The notes under the pieces are model-generated. The model was not told the DNA's origin, did not search any database, and saw only the letters and a list, made by a program, of their open reading frames with translations. Below are positions 1-11,080 of a DNA stretch of 64,000 nt, in pieces. Made by a program: the position numbers and the translations under genes. The DNA is from Mizuhopecten yessoensis (Eukaryota), in contig NW_018407731.1 in NCBI RefSeq assembly GCF_002113885.1, positions 260,863 through 324,862 on the forward strand. The letters are read 5' to 3'. Every line of letters starts with the position of its first letter. Within the stretch, counting starts at the first letter, position 1.

Positions 1-2582
1 TCAACCTTATGTAAATAATATTTAAGGTTACCTTGTTAACCCTACAGAGATGATATCTAGTGTTACCTCATCAATCTTATGTAATCAATATTAAAGCTTA
101 CCTTGTTAACCCTACAGAGATGATGTCTAGTGTTACCTCATCAACCTTATGTAAATAATATTTAAGGTTACCTTGTTAACCCAACAAAGATGCTATCTAG
201 TGTTACCTCATCAACCTTATGTAATCAATATTAAAGCTTACCTTGTTAACCCAACAAAGATGATGTCTAGTGTAACCTCATCAACCTTATGTAGATAATA
301 TTTAAGTTTACCTTGTTAACCCAACAAAGATGCTATCTACTGTTACCTCATCAACCTTATGTAATCAATATTAAAGCTTACCTTGTTAACCCAACAAAGA
401 TGATGTCTAGGGTTACCTCATCAACCTTATGTAGACAATATTTAGGGTTACCTTGTTAACCCAACAAAGATGATAGCTAGTGTTACCTCATCAACCTTAA
501 GTAGATAATATTTAAGGTTAACTTGTTAACCCAACAAAGATGATATCTAGGGTTACCTCATCAACCTTATGTAGACAATATTTAGGGTTACCTTGTTAAC
601 CCAACAAAGATGATATCTAGTGTTACCTCATCAACCTTAAGTAGATAACATTTAAGGTTAACTTGTTAACCCAACAAAGATGATATCTAGTGTTACCTCA
701 TCAACCTTATGTAGACAATATTTAGGGTTACCTTGTTAATCCTACAGATCCAGGGTTACCTCATCCACCTTACAACTGTATGTAGACATTAATAAGGGTT
801 ATCTTGTTAACCCAACAAAGATGATATCTAGTGTTACCTCATCAACCTTATGTAAATAATATTTAAGGTTACCTTGTTAACCCTACAGAGATGATATCTA
901 GTGTTACCTCATCAACCTTATGTAGACAAGAGGCCCAATGGGACTGCATCGCTCACCTGGTATTAATCTCACACTTGTAATCTTAAAAGTGAACTAAAAT
1001 ACAGCTACAGGCAGAATATCAGTGTGACCTTGAATGTCAAACAATGACATTAGGTTGAAAGTGGGTCAAGGTCATTCATTTGAACAAATTTGGTAGCCCT
1101 GATTGCTACAGGCCAAATATCAGTACCCTGGGCCTTTTGGTTATTAAGAAGAAGTTGTTTAAAGGTTTTAAACATATTTGACCCCTGTGATCTTGAAAAT
1201 GGATGAAGGTCATTTATTTGAACAAACTTGGTAGCCCTTTATCCCAGCATGCTACCGGCCAAATATCATCACCTTAGGCCTCTTGGTGATTCAGCAGAAG
1301 TTGTTTGAATGTTTTAAACATATTTGACCCATGTGACCTTGAATATAAACCAAGGTCATTTATATGAACAAACTTGGTAGCCCTTTATCCCAGCATGTTA
1401 CTGGCCAAATTTAGGCACCCTAGGTCTCTTGGTTATTTCAGAAGAAGTTGTTTAAAGGTTTTTAACATATTTGACCCCTGTGACCTAGAAATAGGTCAAG
1501 GTCATGTATTTGAACAAACTTGGTAGCCCTTTATCCCAGCATGTTACAGGCCAAATATCATTACCCTTAGGCCTCTTGGTTATTCAGAAGAAGTTGTTGA
1601 AAGGTTTTTAAACATATTTGACCCATGTGACCTTGAATATAAATCAAGGTCATTTATTTGAACAAAATTGGTAGCCCTTCATCCCAGCATATTACTGGCT
1701 AAATATCATCAACCTATGCCTCTTAGTTATTCAGAAGTAGTTGTTCAAAGAATTTAACATATTTGACACCTGTGACCTTGAAAACGGATGAAGGTCATTT
1801 ATTTGAACAAACTTGGTAGCCCTTCATCCCAGCATGCTTCTGGCCAAATATCATCACCCTAGGCCTTTTGGTTACTGAGAAGAAGTTGTTTAAAATATAT
1901 CTAGTGTTACCGCATCAACCTTATGTAGACAATATTTAGGGTTAGCTTGTTAATCATTACAGAGATGATGTCTAGTGTTACCTCATCAACCTTATGTAGA
2001 CAATATTTAGGGTTACCTTGTTAACCCAATAAAGATGATGTCTAGTGTTACATCATCAACCTTAAGTAGATAACATTTAAGGTTAATTTGTTAACCCAAC
2101 AAAGATGATATCTAGTGTTACCTCATCAACCTTATGTAGACAATATTTAAGGTTACCTTGTTAACCCAACAAAGTTGATGCCTAGTGTAACCTCATCAAC
2201 CTTATGTAGATAATATTTAAGGTTACCTTGTTAACCCAACAAAGATGCTATCTAGGGTTACCTCATCAATCTTATGTAAACAATATTTAGGATTACCTTG
2301 TTAACCCTACAGAGATGATATCTAGTGTTACCTCATCAACCTTATGTAGACAATATTTAGGGTTACCTTGTTAACCCAACAGAGATGCTTTCTAGGGTTA
2401 CCTCATCAACCTTATGTAGACAATATTTAATGTTACCTTGTTAACCCTACAGAGATGATGTCTAGTGTTACCTCAACCTTATATTATGTAGATAATATTT
2501 AAGGTTACCTTGTTAACCCTACAGAGATGCTATCTAGGGTTACCTCATCAACCTTATGTAGACAATATTTAGGGTTACCTCA
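1..2582. repeat. 70-bp tandem satellite, interrupted by a HINE at 926-1893; continues off the left edge
   Basis: Unit TCAACCTTATGTAGACAATATTTAAGGTTACCTTGTTAACCCAACAAAGATGATATCTAGTGTTACCTCA starts at 1, 71, 141, 211 and so on. Confidence 0.97.
926..1893 (+). mobile_element. Helentron-associated (HINE/pearl-like) element with ~146-bp internal tandem repeats, 3'-truncated, inserted in the 70-bp satellite
   Basis: 5' end ACAAGAGGCCC...ATCGCTCACCTG followed by six TGACCTTGA...AAGGTCATTTATTTGAACAAACTTGG units. The same 5' end recurs at about 58360. Confidence 0.8.
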
Positions 2583-3812
2583 TAAATCCAGTAAATCTTA
2601 AAAGTTACTGGAAAATCTTATCTTTATAAAGGTGAAGAAGAACAATCATAAGACCAGGTACAGTTGATAAGAAAATTACATTAAGGGGTGCAGTATTCCA
2701 AAAGATAGATAAATAATTGAAAATAAAATAGAATATAGTAATCACGATTTGTTATAGATATATGAGATTTTTAAAATTAAGAGATATGTTACCTGTCACC
2801 GAGAGTATTATCTAATCTTCATCTCATAAGAACAGATCTTATTATAAGCTATCGTTTCGGATATCACATAAACGTGTATACTTTGTTACAATAGAAAATA
2901 ACAAGAATTGATACAATCTTGAGTTTTTATCATTATCCACAATCCTAGTATCCAATATATTTGCATCGATATAAATTCAATAAAAAAATCTTCTTTGACG
3001 CAATCAGGCATTCCTGTTTTGCAAATCACCAGAGACGTATAATACTGAGTGATATTTCACTCTTCAACCACATAATCCATTCAAACATGTACACTGATCG
3101 ATGACTTACCAGGAAGTTAAAACGCTATTATAAAGTTATTATTTGGAGATACATATTAGATTGCAACGTCACTACTTAAGTAAAAGTACTCACAACAAAT
3201 GGTTTAAAATCATGATGAAGTGTACATAAAATAGGCAACAGCGATCAAAGAAATATGAAAGAATCAATACACAAAACCTTACCATCATGATCACGAAGTA
3301 ACTTCCTACTTGCAATCAGATAAATACAGAGTTGTTTCCCCATGTCACCGAAACAGAAATATTCTTAATTTTCAGATTACGAAGAACAAATGATTTTTTT
3401 TAAATCAAGAAATGCATTTAAAGCAATTGTGCAATCCAATATTCCGATGTTGCACAAACTGTATATTTGTACAATAATATTTTAGTTTATCTTCATTAAA
3501 TTATATAAATGATTGAATAAAACCTATTTTTGAACCGCCCATTTCGGCCCGCCCATTTAACCATTCATCATTTTGCAATATGCAAGTAACCAAAGTTCTA
3601 CTTCCGGCGGAAAAAAAGTCGGGACATGATGTTTTGAAACAAAGGTTTGTTTTAATGTTTATGTGTGATCTCTGTTTAAAATGAGGAAAAAAAGGTTGAC
3701 CTGAATGTTTATGTTTATGACAAATACCAAAGTAGTCATCTTGATGTTTGGGAACGCGGTCATGTGGCACATAGTAACACTTCGGTAGCGATCCAGTAGA
3801 GTGAGGTATCAT

Positions 3813-5103
3813 CAGGTCGGGGAAAACCACTAACTTGCGTATAATACGCAAGCTCGCCTATTACACGCCAATAGGTGTATGGATTTGTTACTAAAAATAG
3901 CCAAAATCATTTGAATCATAACTTTTTCAATTTTTTTGTCCATGTCGCTTTTATTCAGTCATGAAACATAATACAAATGCAAGAATAAACTTTATTTACA
4001 TGTCGGAAAGTACCAAAAATAGATGCAATACAGTTGTTACGGCAGTAGCGGATCACTTTGCATATAATTGCTACACACGATTTTGCAAAACTATTTTTTA
4101 AAGACATCATATATTTTCAAAAAGAACATTTTATTACCTCTCCAGTGATACCAAAAGATCTTCATAAAATCAAATATACACAAGGAAATAAGGAAAACAA
4201 GACCTACCGATTTGTCGGCTATAGCGGATCAGTACGGCTATAACGGATCACGCCCTTTGGCGGGCCTCTCACTCACGATTCAAGTTAGATGGGACGTCTC
4301 AAAACACACTTTTCAGAGGTAACTGATCGCATCTTATTATTAATTGAAGCCTTTGCAACGAATACACTTTAAATATAACTCCGTTACATGTGCCAACTCT
4401 CAAAACATATGTAGAAATTTGAAATCGTGAATGCACGTGGAACGATGCTATGCGAATGCATATGCGTGCGCAGATGAACACTGATCCGTTATAGCCGAAT
4501 AATCACACATCGGATACGACACAATAACGCATGTAAGCATTATCCAAGATTACCAAACAATACATGATTCTGAAAAACAATATAATTCATCATTTAAATG
4601 CATATTTATTTGGTTGTAAGTGTGTATTTTAATAGAATTCATTTCTTCATCGAACCGTCCGTTTTCCAAGATGGCGGTCATCTCTAGAGGAGCAGATTGA
4701 GAAAATATAAAATTCGGGATTTCTGGACATGATACGTATATGAAGTTATTTTGTTTGTTTGTACATTATAAGAAACAACTTGTTACCATGTGCACACAAT
4801 TAATTTCTTTCTAGGATCAATACATTTTGTGTAATCAGCTTTTGTTTATTGACTGATCCGCTATAGCCGATGATCCGCTTACTGCCGTAACAACTGTACT
4901 TCCGGTAGCCAACGCTTTCAGTAAACATTTTTTAGCAAAATATTATTTACCTTGTCGTAAATTAATGCGATTTTTAATAACGTCTTGCAAAAGTTACTGT
5001 TAAAGCAATTTGGGTTATTTTAAGTATAAACAAATCCATACTCCAACTGGTGTATAATAGGCGAGTTTGCGTATGATATGCAAGTTACGGTTTCCCCAAC
5101 CTG
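3813..5103. mobile_element. Non-autonomous DNA transposon with ~120-bp imperfect inverted arms and a 5-bp TSD
   Basis: CAGGTCGGGGAAAACC...CTCGCCTATTACAC...TATGGATTTGTT at 3813-3930 is the inverted copy of 4985-5103. ATCAT is at 3808-3812 and 5104-5108. Confidence 0.75.
4031..4896. mobile_element. Tc1/mariner-type MITE nested in the element above
   Basis: TIR CAGTTGTTACGGCAGTA(A)GCGGATCA at both ends with TA on each side (4029-4030, 4897-4898). Sub-terminal CGGCTATA(G/A)CGGATCA repeats occur at about 4216, 4235, 4481 and 4853. Confidence 0.88.
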
Positions 5104-5365
5104 ATCATCTATGTTCCCCCGGTTTACGACCCGACTTAGGTATCAGTGTCCCTCTGGTACTCGGTTAGCTGCGACAACGTAGCTTCTGACGAAGAGACAT
5201 TTTTTGTACTCGGTGGTGGCTCCTTGCCTTTGGCCCCTTCACCACTACGTCCTCCTGAGTTGCCTGAGCATCACACCGTTATTATAATGAAACCGTTCTC
5301 ATGTGCAGTCAGATTCTGTTCTTACCACAAGAGGCTGCATAGTATAGCAACCAACTAGATACATG

Positions 5366-5781
5366 TGTAACAAGAGAATGAGAAATGCAACGGCCAGACT
5401 CTAGTTCGAACACAGGAGCCTCCAAACTCTACTGTAGACCTATCAATTGAGCACAGGTACTATTAAAGGTGTATTGACAGTCGTGGCTAGTACTTGTGAA
5501 TTGAGCTACCTGGTCGCCGACGATTGACCCAGTCCAGTTCAGCTACTGTACATTTCTCCCTCCTTTTTCAAAGTATTTGCCGACGGAGACGCAATTATTT
5601 ACAACCCAGGTTCAGGTATCCCCTTGCCAAGCATATACCAAATGCTTTAAACAAGGGTTGGCAAGCTGGCCAATTTTGTAGCAGGAGAAAGAGAAATGCA
5701 ACAGCTAGACCCGGGTTCGAACCTGGGACCCTCTGAATTCTTAGACGGACGCTCTACCAATTGAGCTATTCGCCGATGATT
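5366..5781 (-). mobile_element. Near-complete tRNA-LTR TRIM, family B (5' LTR 5781-5677, truncated at its start; internal 5676-5553; 3' LTR 5552-5366)
   Basis: Two direct tRNA-like LTR copies. TGG lies 4 nt after the 5' LTR (5672-5670) and PPT GAAAAAGGAGGGAGAAA (5569-5553) abuts the 3' LTR TGTA. CATG flanks both sides (5362-5365, 5782-5785). Confidence 0.85.
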
Positions 5782-5785
5782 CATG

Positions 5786-6015
5786 TTGATCGGCATTTAA
5801 GGCCCAGATACATTCATTCCATTTTATATGGTCTTTAGCTGTTGTCCTTGCTGTTCCATCCAAGTGCCGTTCTTTTTGTCTCGACAGTCTGTCTCAAGGT
5901 GGTTTTGGGTCATCCAACCTTCCTTTTCCCTCTGGTTACCATGTCAGTGCCACTGAACATATACTGTTGGTATCCATTCTTAGTACATGGCCCATCCATC
6001 TCCAACGCCGTTCCA
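5786..6015 (-). mobile_element. Degenerate 3' fragment of an RTE-like non-LTR retrotransposon ORF
   Basis: Minus-strand translation RRWRWMGHVLRMDTNSICSVALTW*PEG.RKVG*PKTTLRQTVET resembles the RTE-clade C-terminal motif (W.GHVLR...ALTW.PEGKR..GRPKTTW), with stops. Confidence 0.75.
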
Positions 6016-6155
6016 TAATATCATCAAAATTAACTAGAAACTTAAAAGCATTTCTGTAGAGTTGGAGGTCCTTCCTTCAAATCAAAACTATCAAGGCACC
6101 AAATGGAACAGTTTATAATATCGATTGTTGTACAAAAGCCCTGTATGAACTAGTT

Positions 6156-6290
6156 GCCGGGGTGGCCATGTGGTCAAAGTGTCTGAAGGTAAATGGTTTT
6201 TCTTAGGGTACTCCGGATTTCCTCCACCACCAAAATTTGGCTTGGTTTTCAGTGATCATAGCTGTCGATGAACTCTAAAGCACAAACAAA
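6156..6290 (+). mobile_element. Internally deleted tRNA-derived SINE with V-domain
   Basis: GGTGGCCATGTGGTCAAAG head joined to GGTTTTTCTTAGGGTACTCCGGATTTCCTCCACC (V-SINE core-like). Confidence 0.6.
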
Positions 6291-6442
6291 TCCTCTCTGA
6301 CTTGAGTTTGTCAATTTGAATATTCATGAAAACAGTAATATTTATATACTACTCTTACCTTCAAAAAGCATTTATTTTCATAAATTGATACATGTGTAAT
6401 GTTCTATTTCTTGTGATACAGTTACTAAGGCAAGCTGTCAAC

Positions 6443-7652
6443 ATGGGAGATACTGGTAACCAAGGCGCTAGCACTAGTGCCTTCCCCAATCCTCCCAACT
6501 ACTACAAACAGTACACTGATGAAAATGTGCGACGAGGCCTGGCACCACCACCACCTCCAGCTCTACAGGTAAGACATGTACCTACATGTACCCATATATC
6601 CAGTTCTGCATTTGAAAAAACAACCTGACCCACATATATATTATACAGCTTTACAGTTGAGAAAAAGTGGCCAAACCCACCTGGCATAAAGAGAAATGTG
6701 TGTAAATGTTCCTACCCACCGACTCAGTTTTATAGGTGAGGTGAAGATGTCCTTACTTATCTCCAGCTGTACATGTGTTTGATGGTAACAAAAGAATGTC
6801 CTTTCCTTTGGGGCTGATGAGGGTAATTTCATGTTTTCAACCCAATGGGAAAGTTCTTAAATTTCCAGACATAAAGCTTGTTGAAATTGATTGATATAGG
6901 TCTATCATCAAGAAAATACTCAAGTTAATCTGTGTATATAGTATATACCATCTTCTATTTCAGATGAGAAAACCCATTCCTTCCTCAAGTTTCAATTAGG
7001 TTTAACTATTTTGTAATATGAATGGACCCAGGTATAGAGTTTGATCATTTTTTAATTACATATATATAGCTGCTTTGTCTATTAAAGCCTGTTTTTGTTT
7101 TGTTCACAGGATTCCTACACTATGTTTGGTGCCCAGTACACATCGGAGGACGCTATCATCAGACCACTAGAGTCACTAGGATTCCGACGACTTCATCCAC
7201 AGAACTACGACCATAAACGAGAGCTGAAAAAGCTTAACCATTCCATTGTGGTGAACTTTCTGGATCTCATAGACATATTGATAAAGGCTCCAAACTCTCC
7301 AAAAAGGACAGAAAAGTTGGAGGATTTAAATCTCTTGTTCATTCACATGCATCATCTCATCAACGAGTATCGTCCCCATCAAGCTAGAGAGACCCTACGC
7401 GTAATGATGGAACACCAGAAAAATCAGCGCCAAGAGATCGGAGAACGTTTCAAAAAGCATTTAGACAAAGTGAAGGAGCTGATACAGACTAGCATTACTC
7501 ACCTGTCTGACGATTACAGTTTTGACTCCAAGTCTCTGGTCAAGACGGAACTTCTTCAGGCTGGTCACTCTCTGGGTGATTACAATATGGAGGTAGAGCC
7601 ATGTGACCAGCTGGATCGTATGATGTGCGACATTGTGGACAGCATGAATTGA
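6443..7652 (+). CDS. MED7: Mediator complex subunit 7; coding exons 6443-6568 and 7110-7652 (222 aa)
   Basis: Spliced product [28 protein letters not shown]...PPPPPALQ|DSYTMFG...IRPLESLG...[19 protein letters not shown]...[26 protein letters not shown] has the Med7 hallmark motifs. The intron 6569-7109 is phase 0 (GTAAGA...CACAG). An acceptor AG at 6420-6421 implies an upstream 5'UTR exon. Confidence 0.96.
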
Positions 7653-8226
7653 TCTGTAAAATTGTGTATTGTATATCTGTTGTGTCGGATATCATGATCA
7701 TAGCCAGTTACTGAGCTAACAGTATTTTCATCAGATCATAATCACCATCCATTCAAAGTCATTACAATCAAATCCGGTCATGGATCGAAAGAAACTTCAT
7801 CATACTGGTATCCCAAAATGTGTATTTTGGATTCTGATGTTTGTGAAAGTGTTGATTCCAAACATGTGATATAGACTTTGTACAGTATAGAGAGTTGTAC
7901 CCAAGTCAAAGGGTGTTCAGAAGCAGGTATTTTAGAAATATCAACTTTGATTATTAAATTCACCATGTACATCAGTAAATATTTCAGTCTGATATCTTTT
8001 ATGTATCTGGTACTGTTAAACACTAGCTAGGGTTGGAGTTCTTAAATGTACTAGTTTATACTGGAGTGAATCTTTGCTAAACATGGAAATAGTCTGAGAT
8101 TTTTGATGTACATGTACCAGTAAATACTGTAGCTAGAGATCTAATACATGTGTATATATACTGTACCAGTAAGGAAACACTTGAATCTGGTACCGTTTTT
8201 ATCACTGCAACATTGCAACCAACAGT

Positions 8227-8380
8227 GTTTGAATCGCTTTGTTCTAGATAATGCGGGTTTGAATCGCTTTGTTCTAGATAATGTGGGTTTGAATCGCTTG
8301 GTTCTAGATAATGTGGGTTTGAATCGCTTTGTTCTAGATAATGTGGGTTTGAATCGCTTTGTTCTAGATAATGTGGGTTT
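8227..8380. repeat. 30-bp minisatellite x5 downstream of the MED7 stop
   Basis: GTTTGAATCGCTTTGTTCTAGATAATGTGG repeated. Confidence 0.95.
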
Positions 8381-9761
8381 CATAAAATGTATACTTATGG
8401 TTGGATTTCCTGGTAACAAAATTCATTGTTGTATTTTGGATAGTAAGTGCAAGATAATATTGAAATATTGATATACCCTTAAATTTTGAATCATCATTCT
8501 CATTTTGTTTTCATCATTTGTTCTACTGTTTGTAATTTGCCTGATGATGTGATGTCTTGACTGTCACTCTTGAGTACAGTTATGTTTGAAAATAGAAATA
8601 ACTTTCACTCTTTTGTATAAAAATAACTTTCACCCCGATGTTTGTTTTTAGTCACCCCTGGGGGATAAATAAACTCAAGAAAAGTAGGCCCAACTTTTCA
8701 GGACGTTACGCTGTGAATTGATAAATACCACGTATGGGGAAACATAACGAAGAATTGCATCATATTTAGCACTCTGGGGTTAAAATGTCGTTCTTGGGTA
8801 AAATCATGCTGAACTATTTAATCTTGACAGTAGGAATGTGTCAAAGCGACTTGGGTAAAGTTAGTGGAGAAGTTAGCAAGTTTGTGTACTGCAAAGAGTC
8901 AAGGTCAGAATTAACAAGGTGACAATCCATGCAAATTGAACCGATAACGATAAAAGTTTGAGTTTGAAAAATAAATATTAACAGGCTCAAAACAGCCAAA
9001 TACATTCCGATCTTTTCCTTCAAAGGAGAATTGCTGAAATCACAATTGTTTGGGATTCTGGATGTCTCGCGAATTCAGCTGTTGGCAGTACCGGTCCTCG
9101 TCGAACCTGTTTGAGTGCCTTTATGCACACTGCCGATATAGATGTCCGATTCAGTCGGATTTGCAGACGATCAGAAAACTACTTGGAAAAGTGTATTTTA
9201 TAACCCCAAAAAAAAGGAAAATATTTATCCGTATATAAGATTGATATTTTTCTGAAACTTATTGTTGTGAAAACAACATCGTTATACATTGTATTCCAAT
9301 TATCTGTTCTCACTGTTCTGTCCATGCCAGGTGACCATGTCAGCGCGCAGATATCCCCATATTCGAGGTTTTGGTCTGCGCCAACGTTATATTTGCCACA
9401 TGCTTTCTTCTTAATTCCATTTGTTGGCATGGCTACCTGAACAGCGTGTATGTATTTACACCTGGTCATTGTTTACCATTTTGATTGACAGGTGGAAATA
9501 TATCAGTTGTAGCTTGGTCAGTGATTTATCTGACATATTTCTAGTTTATAGTAAGTATGTAACTCAAACCATTATTAAACTTCAAAAGTGTAGAGCCACG
9601 TCAGGTAAAGGTATTCAACTTGATCAGTCGGTACTTCGCTGTGAGTACCGATACAAAGAGGTATGCCAGGCGATTAAAGAGGAATTAAATTAAGTAAGGG
9701 GGGCGTCTTAATCACAACATACTCAAGCGTTACCAATAAGAGGGTTTTTGAAGGGTTTTAT

Positions 9762-9806
9762 TTGGTCTTAAGTTTCGCCTCTATCACAGAGGCATCATCA
9801 GGACAA
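9762..9806 (-). ncRNA. Degenerate minimal hammerhead-ribozyme-like motif (Penelope-like repeat remnant)
   Basis: Minus strand reads UUGUC-CUGAUGA-U-GCCUCU-GUGAU-AGAGGC-GAAAC-UUAA-GACCAA, overlapping AAUAAA at its 3' end. Confidence 0.5.
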
Positions 9807-11080
9807 TTTTGACAATTTAGCTGTGATGTTGTGATAAAGTCACCCCTACTCAAACCATTATAAATACAAGGGGCACTATCAAGTTAACATATATCATCAC
9901 CACTGTCACTACTGTTATACAGATTATGCAAGTAGTTTTAGAACAAAAGTGTTGGTGATGCATTTACAGCATTATAGTTGTTCAAAATTAGAATATTTGA
10001 AAACATAAATAAATTTAACTCTTTACCTAGACTTCTAGAAAACTTTTAAAAAGTTATTATTTGAGCACTGGAAACTTGCCAAAGAAGATACATGTACTTT
10101 CCTATTAAACTTGTTACTTGTAGTACCGGACTATAACACATAATCTTCCATACTTAATGGTGTTTGTATATTACATTTTGTACGTCCTGTATTTATCCTG
10201 CAATAAGTCATACCTAGAAATTAGCCCAACCAAATCTATTGCAGTCTAGTAAAAAGGCCAACAAATGTTATTTCATTGTCTGAAATAAGCCAATCCCTTC
10301 AAGATATGTAATAATGTGTTGCCCCCTGGGCTTATTGCAGGATAAATATATATGGTAATATATTCCAACACACACAAACCAGAATCCGAATTTATAATAC
10401 ATAAGTGTAGCTTATTTATTTGACAATTTGAATTCAATATACATGATATTGCGAACAATGAAATGTATACTAAAACAAAATTTGTTTCAAAATAAATATT
10501 TAAAACAGTAAATTGCTGAAAAAGCGACATGTTTTAAATGAATAAAACGTAAAACAATTTTCTCGTACATGTATCTACATGTAAGTTGTATCACATATTG
10601 CACAAAAAGTTCCACAACACTGAATTGTAATAGTATATGAACACAGCTTGGTCCAAGGAAATAATACCTTGATTCATTCATGATAGGTTAACAAAGAATG
10701 ATAAGTACATGTAAGTAAAATATCTATTGTGAACCACTTTCTGTTTTATCAGCGTCTGACCACTCCTAGAAACACTTGCGATTCAGGAACATTTTTTTCT
10801 GTTAGTATTGCAAATAATTTAACACTTCAAACTTTGCTGATCACCGGTAAACTACAGAAACAGGTACTTCTAGACTATTAGAGCATTTAATTCAATAAAT
10901 TTCATATGCCTTGTATAGCTTCTACAATGATCAATGTTAATATATGATTCCATTACAAAGGGGATTTTTTCTCAGGAAAATAAGCTTGAGCTAGTTTCTT
11001 GAAAGTCAGATGGATTGGAAGCTCATATTTACACAACTACAGTATGTGAAATAATATATTTTGCTATAATTATATAGGAG

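Noticed and set aside
5146-5275. GC-richer, coding-looking stretch (minus frame SGGRSGEGAKGKEPPPSTKNVSS...)
   Set aside because: No recognisable family, start codon or splice sites; left unassigned.
8650-9700. CpG-enriched block that may be a transposon relic
   Set aside because: No terminal repeats, TSD or recognisable ORF found by eye.
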